DNA of 64,000 nucleotides from Azolla caroliniana (lineage: Eukaryota; Plantae; Polypodiophyta): contig JBHGNT010000008.1 of the NCBI GenBank assembly GCA_043228905.1, positions 6,944,001-7,008,000 of the forward strand, written 5' to 3'. A model generated the notes under the pieces. It made no database searches and had not been told where the DNA came from. It saw only the letters and a list, made by a program, of their open reading frames with translations. This document shows, in pieces, positions 42,101 to 55,382 of this stretch. Every line of letters begins with the position of its first letter. The first letter of the stretch is position 1. The position numbers and the translations under genes were made by a program.

Positions 42101-44218
42101 ATGTGTGAAATGTATTGTGATGTCATGGCGTGGTTGACTAGAGTTGGTGACGTTAGAGATATCGCATTTTATCTCGAAGTATAAGAAACTATGGTCCGCG
42201 CCAATAGGACATGGGGCCACTCGGAAGGAGTTAATCATGTGGGTAGCTTCAGGGCGTCCTATTAGATAATCGATTGTGCTTTCCCCTCCTCCATGTGGGA
42301 AACATGTGAGCTCTTCCGAACCTGGCCACTTGGCTAAACCATTATATATGACCATCTGGTGCCGACTACCGAGTTCGAGCAAATGATGGCCAAAGCTCGT
42401 GGCGTCTGCACCTTGATCCTTTGATCTACGTGTGGTGTCTATGTCTGAAGGATCGACATTTACCATTTCTAGGTTTCTATTCATTTGAAATATTGTGCAT
42501 TGTCAGGATTGGGTTCTCGCATTAAAGTCTCCTACAAGGAATACTTCGCCTTGGGAAGAATATCAGATTATGTCATCCGATAGAGGTTCATGTGGGGAAG
42601 TCCCATGTGGCACTCTGTCATCAACTAATCTCGCCTCGCCAACCAGATTATAATGAGAGCCTTTCGGGGGGAAGTAACAAATGGCGAAAATGACTGCCTT
42701 GTCCTTGTTTGTGGAGACTTTCACCCACATAAAACGAGCTTCTGGGTCTGTGCTCAGTATTTCTATCCTATTATGTAGCTCCCTTCGAAACAATATTGCG
42801 ACACCTCCATATCCCCTGGTAGTGCATCGACGCGAGGTTTGTCTAAAAGCCGACTCCCAACGAAATCCTTCGACTCGTGGGAGTCCCCTATTTGGGCTTT
42901 GGTGTGTTTCTACTAGGCAAACTATATCTGATTCCTTTAATATCCCCTCTAGGCGGCCGGGGTGTGTCCGGAGTGCGTTGTTACAATTCCATAAGGTCAT
43001 CCTAAGTGTGTTTTCTGTCACATGGGCCCGATCATTTATGATCACTCACCCATCTCGATAAAAGGCGCGATGCCCGTCTTTGCGAGCTTGCATAACCTTT
43101 GGCATACAACTCTTGCGATGCTCAATTTGCATCTTGGTGAGGTCTTCATCGAGATAGATAGGGTCCCCACCCAATCCTTGAAGAATTGGTCTCTTCTTAA
43201 AGAAAGTGATTCTAGAGTCTAAGTCTTTAAATTGAAGAATTAAGGCTCTCTTCCTAGTTGTGTCGCGTCCGGCCCTCCAAGCTTTGGTGATAGGTAGGGT
43301 CGTTGTGTACCCTAACATTTTCCCGAGTGTTTGTGCATCCTCGTCCGAGGATGCACCTTCCTTGAGCCCAGTGACACGCACATTTAGGCGTCGGGCTTGA
43401 CGCATTTTCTCCTCTTCGAGGATGGTATTAACAATATTTTCATCCTTTATTTCTTTTTTAATATTTCTTTTAACCACATCTACCCAACCCGTTTTTGCTA
43501 ACTCTATGTTATTTTTAACCTCCTCTTTAACTTTTTTGATCTCATCTTTTATATCCTCTATGGAGGATATTTCACCGTCCTCTCGGGATACCTTGATGTC
43601 ATTAAGTTATTGTTTGAGGTTTGTGTTTTCCTCTTTAAGTTTTTCTATTTCGGCCTTGAGGGTGTCTTTTTCCTCTCTATCTTTTTTCTTGTGGGTTTCG
43701 GCGTCTTTCACCCATTTTTTCATATCCGTCTCTATTTTTGTTAAACGGTTAAACATATCCAAAAAGTCCTCCTTACTTATAGCCTCGTCTTGTGTATCCT
43801 TGTGTTCCTTTCGTTTAGACATTGTAGTGTCAATAAGAAAAGAAAAGAAAAAGGATAAAATAAATGGGTTCGAGACTTAGCCGAGTTTGTGTTATGTTAT
43901 GTCGTAGTCACATCGGCATTTTGCACACGACGAGCACGCTAAAAGAACAAGGATGTGCCGCCAAGAAAAGAAACGCGACACTCGGCAACCTCAAGAAACA
44001 AGGAGGAGAAGAGCACGGCAACGGCAATGGCAACTACAACGGATGATGACGAACTACAGTAGGTCGTCCAGCACGCCGACGGCAGCAGACGACGACGGAC
44101 GTCAGAGGCGGCAACGCGGCAACAGATGACAACAGCACGATGGGGGGGGGAGTGCAGCTCGGTAGCAGGCGGCGACAGACGTCGCAGACGGCAGCGACGA
44201 CAACGTGGCGCACGACCG

Positions 44219-44305
<87 letters not shown>
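39112..44305 (-). mobile_element. Near full-length RTE/RTEX-like LINE (ORF1-APE-RT-zinc finger), inactivated
   Basis: ORF1 coiled coil plus RRLNVRVTGL..IYLDEDLT (43822-43046). APE motifs TLWNCN, DIVCLVETH, GDFNAR, STIDY, ADH. RT motifs FVDFRKAFDTV, GVKQGCPLSPTLF, LLYADD, YLGV. Zinc finger RICRLC..EDEYHFTCKC. (TTTC)n 3' tail; GC-rich 5' UTR with (CT)n. Confidence 0.95.
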
Positions 44306-44310
<5 letters not shown>

Positions 44311-44356
44311 GGGTTTTGAACCCAAGACGTAGTGCTAGTAGGGGTAAATTTAATAT
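44303..44356 (-). repeat. Upstream direct-repeat copy of the tRNA-like head (A box deleted)
   Basis: Minus strand TTACCC-CTACTAGCACTACGTCTTGGGTTCAAAACCCAATT aligns to 39037-39108 with a 19-bp deletion. Confidence 0.7.
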
Positions 44357-44644
44357 TTGTAGGAATCGTATGCGGCGGCGGAATAAGAGAATTAGGAGAA
44401 TGCAATGGATGAACTTGGGAAAAAGTTTGAAGATTTGATATGACCTTCATATCATTAAGATGAGGGTTAGGCTTCATATCTACCCTACCACACACGAGAC
44501 CTTCCCAGCCGATATAAACACAACTAGATTGAATTTCAGAGGGGGAAATGGTTCTTTGGTAACTACTAGTTTGATAAGTCTAGAAACTACCAAGAATGAG
44601 TACCTTAGGGACGCCCTCGAGCTTTTCCTCGCTGTGGAGAGCGC

Positions 44645-44890
44645 CCATCCAAGTTTCCAATATTTCTTCTCCCAGAATGCCCCCCCCTTCAATCCTTGCA
44701 CAAATTTCTTACCCAGACACGGGGATGCACTCTCGATTGCTGACATTCATTCATCAGTAAAGTCCTTGGACATTGAGCATCACTACTACTCAACTATCAC
44801 ATGTAAACTACGTGAAAATGTGATAGTTTTGGTCTCGTACGTAACATTTGACATCCGAAGGAGACAATAAAATCTATCTATCTCTCTAAT
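44645..44890 (+). mobile_element. RTE-like LINE 3' fragment (same family as 38185-38710), opposite orientation
   Basis: CAATCCTTGCAC.AATTTCT, TGCACTCTC.ATTG, GTAAAGT.CTTG and an AATCTATCTATCTCTCT tail. Confidence 0.75.
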
Positions 44891-45198
44891 TGCAACCAAG
44901 CTAAGGCAGGCCAAGCCCCAACCAAGGCAGCCCAGGCCAGGCCAAAGAGAGAAAGGAGATGGAAGAAGAGGGGAGTGGGCCAAGATGGAAGGGCATCTCT
45001 GAAAATAAGGAAAACTCAGGGGCATTTGGCCGGTGCTCTCTTATACGAAGCAGACAGACAGACAGACAGACAGACAGAGACAGACAGCTATGCTGCCCTG
45101 CCCTTACAAGGAAACAGAGACGGGAAGATCAAAAGCTCTGCGTCCTTCCCCTCCCTTACGAGGTAAGCGAATCTCTCACCAGTAAACGTTTTACAGAG

Positions 45199-45237
<39 letters not shown>

Positions 45238-46504
45238 GTGACCAGGTACAGTTTTAATGGGAGAGGAACCAGGGGTTGTATCAGATTCCATCATAATATA
45301 TAAAAGGAAAATCCAGATTCCTTCCCTGTGTTTCAATGCAGAGGGACTATTGGATTCCATCCGAATATTCGGATTCCACCATATATAAGAAGATTCAGAT
45401 TCCTGAGGAATTGGGTTGTATCAGATTCCACAGTTTTTTTCAGTTATTGAAGTCATTGATCATCGCTCCATGTCCTCTGGAGTATCTAGTCAATTATATC
45501 CTATAGAATCACCCCGTTGTGTTGATAATGGAGAAGCGAGTAAGGTGGGGGGTGTTATATGCTATATTAATGGTGACACTGATTGTCGAAACAGTTCATC
45601 TTCACTTCCCCATTTGATTATGTGCTCAAGCTGGACATCAGGTTTGGGTTCTTTCTTGAAAAGACCAATTCGGGTTGTGTAATAGCATGTGCCCATGGTT
45701 ATGGGAGAACAGAAAAAATTTGTTAGCACAAAATTGTTAATCATGTTTTTCATGGTGTGTCCTACATCTGATGAATGACAACTCTATCACTCACAATGGT
45801 TGCAGCTCCCCCATCAACCAGAACGGGGTTGTGGACTTACTCTGTATCATGTGGACATCATCAAAAGCCGATTTGTAGTACTTAATGGTGATCAGTATGA
45901 TGGTGCTTAGTATGAATCTGAAGAAAATGTTGAAGAACTCTAATGGAGGTCTCAGAAAATTGTATTAGCTTGAATATCTTGAACTTATTCCATGTCATAG
46001 GACCCTTACCAAAATAATAAGAAAGGTTTAAATAAGTTGTATTAAGAATTCTTTATATCTATTTCTAGAATTCTTGCTATGTATATATGAATGAAATGTT
46101 GGAAATAGTTGGACCGATAATAATTTCAAGGTTATAGCAAGGCAACATTTTTAGATTGTCGAATCATTATAAATGTGATGCTTGAAGTGTGAATGATGGA
46201 ACTTTATCCACCCTTTATTTGAAGTCATCAGCTACATTTTATGTCTTTCCTTCTATCTGTATGTTTGCCATAGGCACGAGTGTGTTTTAATTTACATTTA
46301 TTCATGTCTATGTATGTATGCATAAATTTATATATACATGTATAAGTGTATATGTGCTAGTACTAGAAGGAAGTATACCTATGTGTGCAATATATAGTTA
46401 TGTGTATTATATACTAGGCATGTCTTTGTGTATAGGTATTTGTAAATATAAATGAAATTTTTTTGCCACACCATTTCCACAACTTTTTTCTGTCTGATGT
46501 AGGC

Positions 46505-48271
46505 ATGGCTCAGCAGAACACATCTTCAGATGAAGATGCATGGGACTTGTCAGACACATCCGAGCTTGCATCACACCCTGAACTTGAGAGAGAATGGAAC
46601 TCTCGGCAAGCGCATTTTCACACTGTATCCTCTCCTAATATATGAAGTTAATCTTTCCCATTTGAATTTGCATCAGGCCTTGATAAGGAAAATAGCTTGG
46701 GTATAGAGATGGAATAGAGGCAGGTAAGAAGTCCTCTGCACAGGAGGGTTTCGAGGCAGGTTTTCGAGAAGCTATTAAGGCAGGCTATGAATGTGGTCAA
46801 GCAAGAGGTTGGTCTACGTAAGTAACGACCTTTCAAGTTTTTTCTCCCTTTTTTAATCTTATCATTGACAGAAAAAGCTTGAAATATTGATCAAATGTGA
46901 AAACATAGACAATATTAATTGATACTAACTAGGAATCCTGCACAATATAGTAAATTTCTCTCTTCTGTTCTCACTTCATATTTTATGGAAATTAATAAAA
47001 AACCATAAACATTAAATTATGAACCCCATTTCAGGCTTCTCTTCTCTTGTATCTATCAAAACTCCCGGCATGTGCCTATGCAATGGCTTTGTCATGGCCT
47101 TTGAGAACTTGGAATATCAATCAAATGTGTAGGAGGCATCTAAGGATGCATAGTGAATTGTGACTGAATCTTCGTTCATAGACATTATCTGCAACAAGCC
47201 TGATATGTTGATCCTTGGCCAAAGAATTGTGCATGCCTTGATATTTGGGTCCGGCAACCAATATCTGTTGGCATCATCTATCCCACATTATTTACATTCC
47301 CCTACTTCACTCCTATAAAATGGAGTCTTTTTTGTGCTGCAATATATAGTATTTTATAAATTTCCCCACACCATGCTTAGTGATGGCCATCCTAATCTAT
47401 TTCTTTCCCCCCGCCTTATATGTTAACAATTCTATAATCCACCATCTAGTGTAAATGTCTTATAGTATTTGGGATAATCTTTGAGTATCTGGTAATCTGT
47501 GGTAATTCACTTCCTTTGCATCCTTTGTCTCTGATGATGAAGTCCATGATGAACATTCAATGACTTAATGCATACCAAATTGCTCTTCCAAATAGCATGG
47601 CCTGCATGATGAAATTTTTATGGTGAAATAAAAGAAAGAAAAAAACACATATAAGAAGACTAGTCTTGGAAGATGGCCAGAAAGCCATTGCACATGCATA
47701 TGGCAAAGACTAAGACTAGCAGTTTCCTTGTTTGCATAAAGTAAAAGATAGATGCAAGTTATTCCAAGGGCACTCTGGACATTCAATTTCTTTGAAATAG
47801 AAATCTATTTCTTGAGTGATGAACAATTTTAAATGCAAATATGGATTCGCAAGTTTCTAAATAGATCAACCCAGTAACAGTTAATATTCAAATGGTCTGC
47901 TTAATTTAAATGAGATTCATTTAAAGTAATTAAAGTTGTCCCTAGTTCCTTTTTTATGGCATAGATTCATTTTTCAAAAACTTACGGTGTTGTTTTTTCT
48001 TGTCAGCGCATTTATTGCTTTGCCAGAATCAGTGAAAAATGCATTATTAGATAATTCAGCACAATCACGACTTGGTTCATCCCACGAAAAACTGTCATCA
48101 ATCTCATCTGACCAAGCACTGCATCTTTTCCATGGTAGTACCACTCAAAGAGAAACTTCCAGTTTTATAACAGACACAGGCTCAACTGATATTGTTTTCT
48201 CAATTAATGAAGTGAAAGAACTTTATATTGAAATACAATCAACCCGTCTATCTGCGGGTACCTTATTGTAA
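46505..48271 (+). CDS. YAE1: Yae1_N-domain protein (YAE1-like, ~168 aa); coding exons 46505-46624, 46696-46817, 48007-48271; probable 5' UTR exon ending at 45162
   Basis: Spliced product LEREWNSRQAHFHT-LGYRDGIEAGKKSSAQEGFEAGFREAIKAGYECGQARG carries the deca-GX3 motif of Yae1. GT-AG junctions keep the frame. Strong donor GAG/GTAAGC at 45162. Confidence 0.88.
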
Positions 48272-49923
48272 CATGTTTATTTGAATGGAAGACTATTCAG
48301 AAGCCTTTTCTTTTTCAAGTTATTGTCAAGATGTGGAGCTGTGATATATGTTTGTTACGAGCATCTCTTACTAGTTCTTCTTTACTCTGATGTAAGCTTA
48401 TGAATCAGAAGACTCTTTGGAAGTCTTTTGTTAATGATGTTAAGAAGAAGCTTTCGAAGACCTGATTTCAGTTAGCATCTCTTACTAGCTCTGTCTACAT
48501 GATGTAAGCCCATACTAACTGTAGGAAAATTGGTTAAATCTCTATTTTAATGCACAGATATATGATATATATAATTTCTGTTAAATGAGAACTTTTATAT
48601 TACTCTGATGCTATGGATGAATACATTTGATTTACAAACAGCAAATGGCATGTCCAGTTTGTGAAAGGTTAATTTAATCTGGTATATTAAAGCATGACCT
48701 TATATTGCTTTATAGCCCTAATAAAAGGCCAAAGGTTGTGTATGTCAAATGGCACTGGAACCTTGTTGACTCCATGTTAGACAATGTAATATTTAATAAA
48801 TTTTATGTTGTTGATGGGCTGCCATATGATTTGAAAGACTGTTTTTAGAAAGATGGGAGTCTTTGAATATGAGAGAAAGGAAGATAAATGATTCATAGGG
48901 CGCCCCTCTTTATTGGACCCTAGTCGGGGGAAAGTGGGCATGTGTGCTTTTGGTCAGGCATTTCCTGTCTACTCTCAATTACACAATCATCGCTACCTGA
49001 TGAAATAAAAGTAACGGCGAAGGAAACAATGAAAATAAAAGGTGGAACCAAAGCTTTAACAATGTTTAGTAGTATGATTCAATCAAATCCTCTACCTGTT
49101 TCTGGAGTATGGATGGTCCTAGTGAAGATTGTATAATACATGTCTTTTCTTGGTCTTTGAAGTATGCATGTTTCTAAAGGCAAGACCTGACCCATAGGCT
49201 CCAATGGAATAAACACCAAACAAATAATGCTCATGGATGTGCTTATCAATCCCTGGGTTCTCTATGTTTTGCCCAACAGCAACAAAGTATTGATGATACA
49301 TGAAAATCACTTGCCATTCACTGGCCATCTCATGTACGGAAGACCCTTCACTGATATGCTGTTCACAAAATTGTTGATTTCTCAAAGATGACTGCTATGA
49401 TCTTCCATTGCACAGTTAAATCAAACCTTGCATAACCTTTGTATCTTCCACCTCCGAAAAATTATTGAAGAAAGCTGCCAATCTTTCAAGCTTGGCACCC
49501 TTTAGCCAATATCATTAGCCCCCACATTTAACTTCAGCAAAGAATTTTATCGCCCTATAAAATCTTGCCGATGTGGCTACTAAGCTATTTTTTTAAGAAG
49601 CTCCCACTAGAATAGAAAATTTCCCAATGGAGCTGCTAGTGCCGGGTAAACATGTATTAGCTGGAGTAGAAAGTAATGGAATGGTGAAGAAATTGTTTTA
49701 CCATAGGCAGAATAGCCAGGAAAGGGTGAACATGTCAATGGTCCTCTATAAAAACATCAAGTCCCATTCCATTCTGCTCAAATTTGATATGAGTTCTGGT
49801 AACGTATACTTGATCAATTCCACAGCATTTGATTCCATCAGATAGATAATTATGCATAGAAGAACAAGTGAATGTATATCGCTCGCTCCCCGTAATTCAG
49901 CTCATGTCTCTAATTTTGGTACC

Positions 49924-52295
49924 TTACCCATCTGCATACAGGTTAGACATCATAATATATGCACCATCATGTCCATAATCTAACCTCACCATATGTTCAA
50001 AAACTTGTCTTCCTTGATCCAAGTCTCCCATCTTTTGGCAAGCACTCAATATGATATTCCATGTCACAACATCTGCTGGAACATCCACTTTTCCAACCAT
50101 CTCCAAACCCTCAGATAAGCGACCTACACGAGTAAGAAGGTCAACTATACAATTAAGTTTCTTTACAGTAAATATATTCCAACATAGATTTTCCATACGT
50201 TTTAGGTATCTCTTGCTCTCTTCGACCAGACCAGAGTGACTGCATACTATCAGTACACTGACAAGTGTAGTTTCAGTTGGCGGTATCCCTTCATCGTTCA
50301 TTTTTTTCACCAAGTCAATAACTACTTCTATTTCCCCTTGGTAAGCATATCCTCCAATTAATGTGTTCCAAGTGACACCATCCTTCACTGACATTTCATT
50401 AAATATCTGCCGAGCATCAACCATACTACCACATTTGCTGTACATATCAATAAGGGCAGTTTGTAAAATCATTTCAGATTGCTCTTCAAGCTTACACATT
50501 TTGTAGATTTGGGCATGGATTTTCTTCCCTCTGTCAAGAGATGTTGTGTCTCCACAGCCTTTTAACATGCTCATAAAACTAATGATGTTGGGAAATATTC
50601 CTTGCTCTAACATTTTACAATAAAAGTGAATAGCCACCTCATTTTCTCCTTGTTCAGCATAGCCAGATATTAATGATGTCCAACAAGCTACATCTGGTGG
50701 CATTCCTGGCCTCTCTGGTCCTGGCAAGGAATTGAATGAATCTTCCCTATCATTTGAATTAAATTCATAACCTACCCTCATAAAATTCGATGAAAAAATG
50801 TTTAGAACTTGTAATTCTTCAAAGATTTCTCCCGCGTCATTGATCAATCCAGACTTAGCATACATATCAACCAAAGCAGTACCAACTCGAATGTCACTCT
50901 CGAGTCCATCTTTAACTATCTCTACATGCATTTCTCTACCTTCCTTGATAAACCCGGACCCAATACAAGCTTTCAATCCACAAACATATGTTACCGGATC
51001 AGGCTGTACGCCTTCCAATCTCATTTTCTCGAAACATTGTAATGCCTCCTTTTCAAGCCCATGTTCAATATAGCCTAAAATAAACTCCGTCCATAAAACA
51101 ACATTCCTAACTTTAACATTCTCAAAGATAACTTTTGCTTCGCATAGCAATCCATGCCTTAAATACATATCCATAAGTGAGTTACAAACTGCAAGATCTT
51201 GTTCAAATCCAGTTTCTAAAACCCTATTGTGTATTTCCATACCTTTATGAATAGATGATTCAACATTCGTGCAAGCTTTAAGGCCATATATAAAACTTAC
51301 CCAATTTGGAGAAATCCCTTCTCTTTCCATCTTATGTAAGCAATCTAATGCTTCTTCGCCAAGCTTATTCTGGGCATAACCAGCCATTAATGATGTCCAA
51401 GTGACCACATTTCTTTTTGACATATGATACAACACATCCTGTGCTTCTACTAGAGATTCACATTTAACATACATATCAACTAAACCACTACCAATGAAAA
51501 GTTCACTCTCTAAACCTTGCTCAACAATTTGAGCGTATATTTCTCGGCCTTGATCAATACTCTTCATCTTACCACATGCCTTCAAAAGAGCTGATAATAT
51601 ATGCTTATTGGGCAGCAAATTTTCTTCTTGCATTTGATAGAAAGCCAAGAATCCATGCTCCAAAGCTCCATTTTCAACATAGACTTGAATCAGGCTAGTC
51701 CAAGAGTTCTCGCTTCGAGGTGGAAATTTGTTGACAATGTTCTTAGCATCAGAAAAGCTTCCGCACTCAACAAACATAAAGAAGAGGGTCTCTTGAAAGA
51801 TTGGAACAAATTCCAAGCCATGGAAGCAAAGGTAAGCATGAGATTTCTGCTTGCTCTGTAGAGCACCTTTACATCTTCTGTGTTCATTTAGGTATTGGAT
51901 CCAATCCCCAATCGGAGAGATATGGAGGCTGGGTATAATGTGAAAGCAGGCCGAGATCATACTTTAGAAGCTAAACAGCAGCACACATGTATGAGTGCTT
52001 CTTCTGATACCATATGAGCACACATGGAATTTTCTTCTAAAGTTGTACACATATCATTATATGTATATAAATTATAATGTACATTCTGTCAAGGATGTCC
52101 CCCCATTTGGATTGGTGTGTGGAAGTTCCTAGATGAGCATTCTGTGGAGTCTGGACACAACCACAACCCTGAGTGAGTGACACTTTGTGAATGTGTGCGC
52201 GCGCCTGCCTGTGTTTGTGTGGTCATGTTTCGGAATAGATATGGAGTGGAATGCGAAATGCTTGTGATTGATGATGATATGAAATTGATTGTCAA
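49924..52295 (-). pseudogene. PLS-class pentatricopeptide repeat gene (678-aa ORF 51960-49924) with disrupted N-terminal frame and truncated E domain; no DYW
   Basis: Repeated P/L/S motifs (NVVTWTSLMAGY, ALVDMYAKSG, YVCGLKAC). The upstream frame 52295-51963 is interrupted by a TGA at 52089 and a 1-bp frameshift at 51961. The ORF ends YIMMSNLYADG*. Confidence 0.75.
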
Positions 52296-52743
52296 GACAC
52301 CAAATGAACATCATCATCTAGTGGGCAAATTAGTTATGATAATTGTCCTGCCAACATGCGTTATGTAATGAGCCCCATGCAACTAAATATTTTTGAGCCC
52401 CCATAGCCCCACTTTATGATAGAGTTTTTTTTCCATTGGCATTTGAAGAATAAATCGTAAGGTTAAACGAAATGGAAAAGGAATGAAAAGATGTTGTGCA
52501 ATGCGATGAACAAGGGCATGGCACAATGCAATAGCGCTAGGCAAAGAGATAGAGAGTCTTTCTAGCATAGGCACCTATGTATATCCATTTTAATGAAAAT
52601 CCCCTCATAGTTGATAAAAATTCTCTACACATTAGTGATTGTACAAATCAATCCATTTCTATGAGCATTCGATGGCCAAACATAAAAGATACATGTCCAT
52701 GAAATTATCTCATTTATTTCAACTACCAAAGTTGTAGGTATAG

Positions 52744-53433
52744 TGTTACTCCCCCCATGGAGGAACACACTCTTGGTTACTACACCCGAGTAACTAGACC
52801 AAGGTATTGTGGTAGGATGGAGGGAAAGAACTTTGGATCGTCCCGTTGACTGTGCACTTAGCCGGATACAGGAGTTAGGGGTAACTTTACTCCAGGGGAT
52901 CCGAGATATCTCATTCTAAGGATATCCAACTCGTCTGCTCTGCTCAACACTCGGAGACATCGACTGATTCCTATAGACTTGCAAGGAACATAGGAAGAGA
53001 TATCATGTCGAATTGGCTACAACCAAATTTAGGCATGCGACCACACAGTAACACGAGATCAACACCTTATAACATAGATAGACCACATAGAGTCTCCCCA
53101 CAAGACAGAATTATATATTAGTAAGATCACAACTTTGTTTCAAGTGCCGATCGACTATTGGTATAGTCTCTATTCTCTTAGAAACGCTCACCCCTCTTGT
53201 ATAGTTACTCGTCTACCTCTCCCTCTTTCTGTCATTCACACAGTCACAGTCCTTACATAAGATTCTATGCTTCCTATTTCATGGGGCATGGTCAGTTACA
53301 ATCGTTTCACTCATTGAATACTTGGCAGTATAGTAACACTGCATTCGGCTCTTGGCTTGCTCCCTTTGTTTGGCTTTTTTGTGCTTAGCTTCCTTTCTCC
53401 TTTCACACCTTTAGTCGTCCTACCCAACCAACA
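52744..53433. mobile_element. Solo LTR (~690 bp)
   Basis: TGTT...AACA termini; 5-bp TSD TATAG/TATGG; composition distinct from the flanks. Confidence 0.65.
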
Positions 53434-55382
53434 TATGGCACGCTTTCTTGTTATGTTGTTCTTCATTCCCAAAACATTACTCCATGTTGAATTTTAATTC
53501 ATGAAAAGTTTGGATAAAGTCTCAACATTTAATGATAAATTACAAGCATATTACTACCTCAAGGCTCATACGTTAGTTTAGGTGCAACTTCTTCAAGCCC
53601 ACAACCTAAGGACCAACTTGGACACATTAAACCATGTGTTTGTTCACCAATACCCATATCCACATATCTTCAAGATTACATTTAGATGCTTACAAATTTT
53701 GCAAACACATTAACAATCTAGAGAACATCTTTTGTAAAACATCTAGTGCTTATTTGTTGCTCTAAATATAGTCATCATGTTTTTATGAACCATACAAACA
53801 TTACATTACACTTCATAGGAGAGAGAAAGGTCACACTCGAGATATCTTTGGGAAGTGATTTGCACAACACTTTCTAAACAATGGCGTGAAAATAACATTG
53901 ACCAAGACATTGCGTGCAACACACAATGTGAGCTATCGCCTCTTGGTTAACTCCAAGTCCATTTTTGTCCTTACAAAAAGTGCCCAAATAAAGTAAACAC
54001 CCAAAAACAAAAATGTCATCCTATACATTAACACCATTTTCTTCGTTTCACAAAAACCTCCCAAATATCACAAACTTTACAATAGAGTGGCAATGCTAAC
54101 ACATTATCATTGAGTATACATAAATTATTTTTCATAGATTTAAATCATCATAAAATGGGGAGAAGCATTGAATGTTTATGCAAAAAAAAATGAATATATA
54201 TTGCACATGTGAAATAAAAAAATAGATTGTGTTATGGTTGTTTTTCACCAGAGTGTAATTTCTTTATCATGGTCAATGCATCCAAAACGTTAGCCTCCAA
54301 CCTTTAAAGTTTAAGATGACATTGATAATGATGTAATGCAGTAATTATATCATTCTCAATCTCATCTTAATGATGATGTTGAATGGCAAGGCCTTATGAA
54401 TAGTCTCTATAGGAAATCCTTCAAAACCTCCTCCCCTAACCTACACAAATCCTATGGCAATTACATGTCAATTGTTAGGTCCCATGGCAGTATATTGCTA
54501 TCATTGAAGACACTGCCATGTCCATCAATTCCCACCCAAGCTTGTGAGACATAGTAATCATCCCATCAAGACACAAGCATCGACATTCGTAGGAGAGAAA
54601 TGTCTCTACCCATTGGAATGTAAAAACCAAAAGCTTCTACCTAACTCAACTTACATTTATCATGTTCAGTTTGCTCAAGAAGCCCCTCACCAAAAAAAGG
54701 TTTATTCAAATTGCAAAAGAGCACGCCAAAGGATCTACTGACTCTTAAACCAAAATCTAAAAACAACTTATTGTACCAAGTGGAAACTAAAACTAGATGG
54801 ATCAAAGGTTCAAACGCCAAGGTTATTTTCTCCTAATTGCTAGCCCTAGCATTTTTGGCTTCTTGGGTTTTGTAACTTTAGAACTTTCCTCTATGGATGC
54901 TACTAGAATATTTGAATTACTTTCTTACTTCAGACAGTTTTACCCACTGAAAATGACTTTTAGTTTGAAGACCACATTCAATTCGTAACTACCAACCACC
55001 AACCAGGTTTCATGTTTGTCATAATTCACTATATACACTGACTCCCCTCAAAAACCAAGTCATCAAACATTCCCCTGTAATGAATAGAGCATGCATATGT
55101 ATAAATAACATTCCCCAAAATCATTTTTCTTTTTTAAAATTATCTCTTGCTTAAAATGAGCCTCTCTTTCTTGTCATTTTAAGATGAAACATTCATTTCC
55201 CCTTTTAAAATATGAGAAACCCCTCCCTTGATTAAATTGACCCATTATTTGCCCTTGTGCATTGTAAAAATAATGTCGATTGACTTTGGTGGGAATCTTC
55301 CTGGTGTTCTGGATGATGTATTGAATTTTGGACTTAAAACAATGGCAAGCTGTACAATGAATTCTAGATTTGCCTCTCGGCA

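Noticed and set aside
43939-44495. Overlapping ORFs with ER/SL repeats
   Set aside because: Produced by the (GA)n microsatellite and the GC-rich LINE leader.
48940-49900. Downstream DYW exon for the PPR gene
   Set aside because: No PG box, HxE or CxxC/DYW motifs in the frames I could read.
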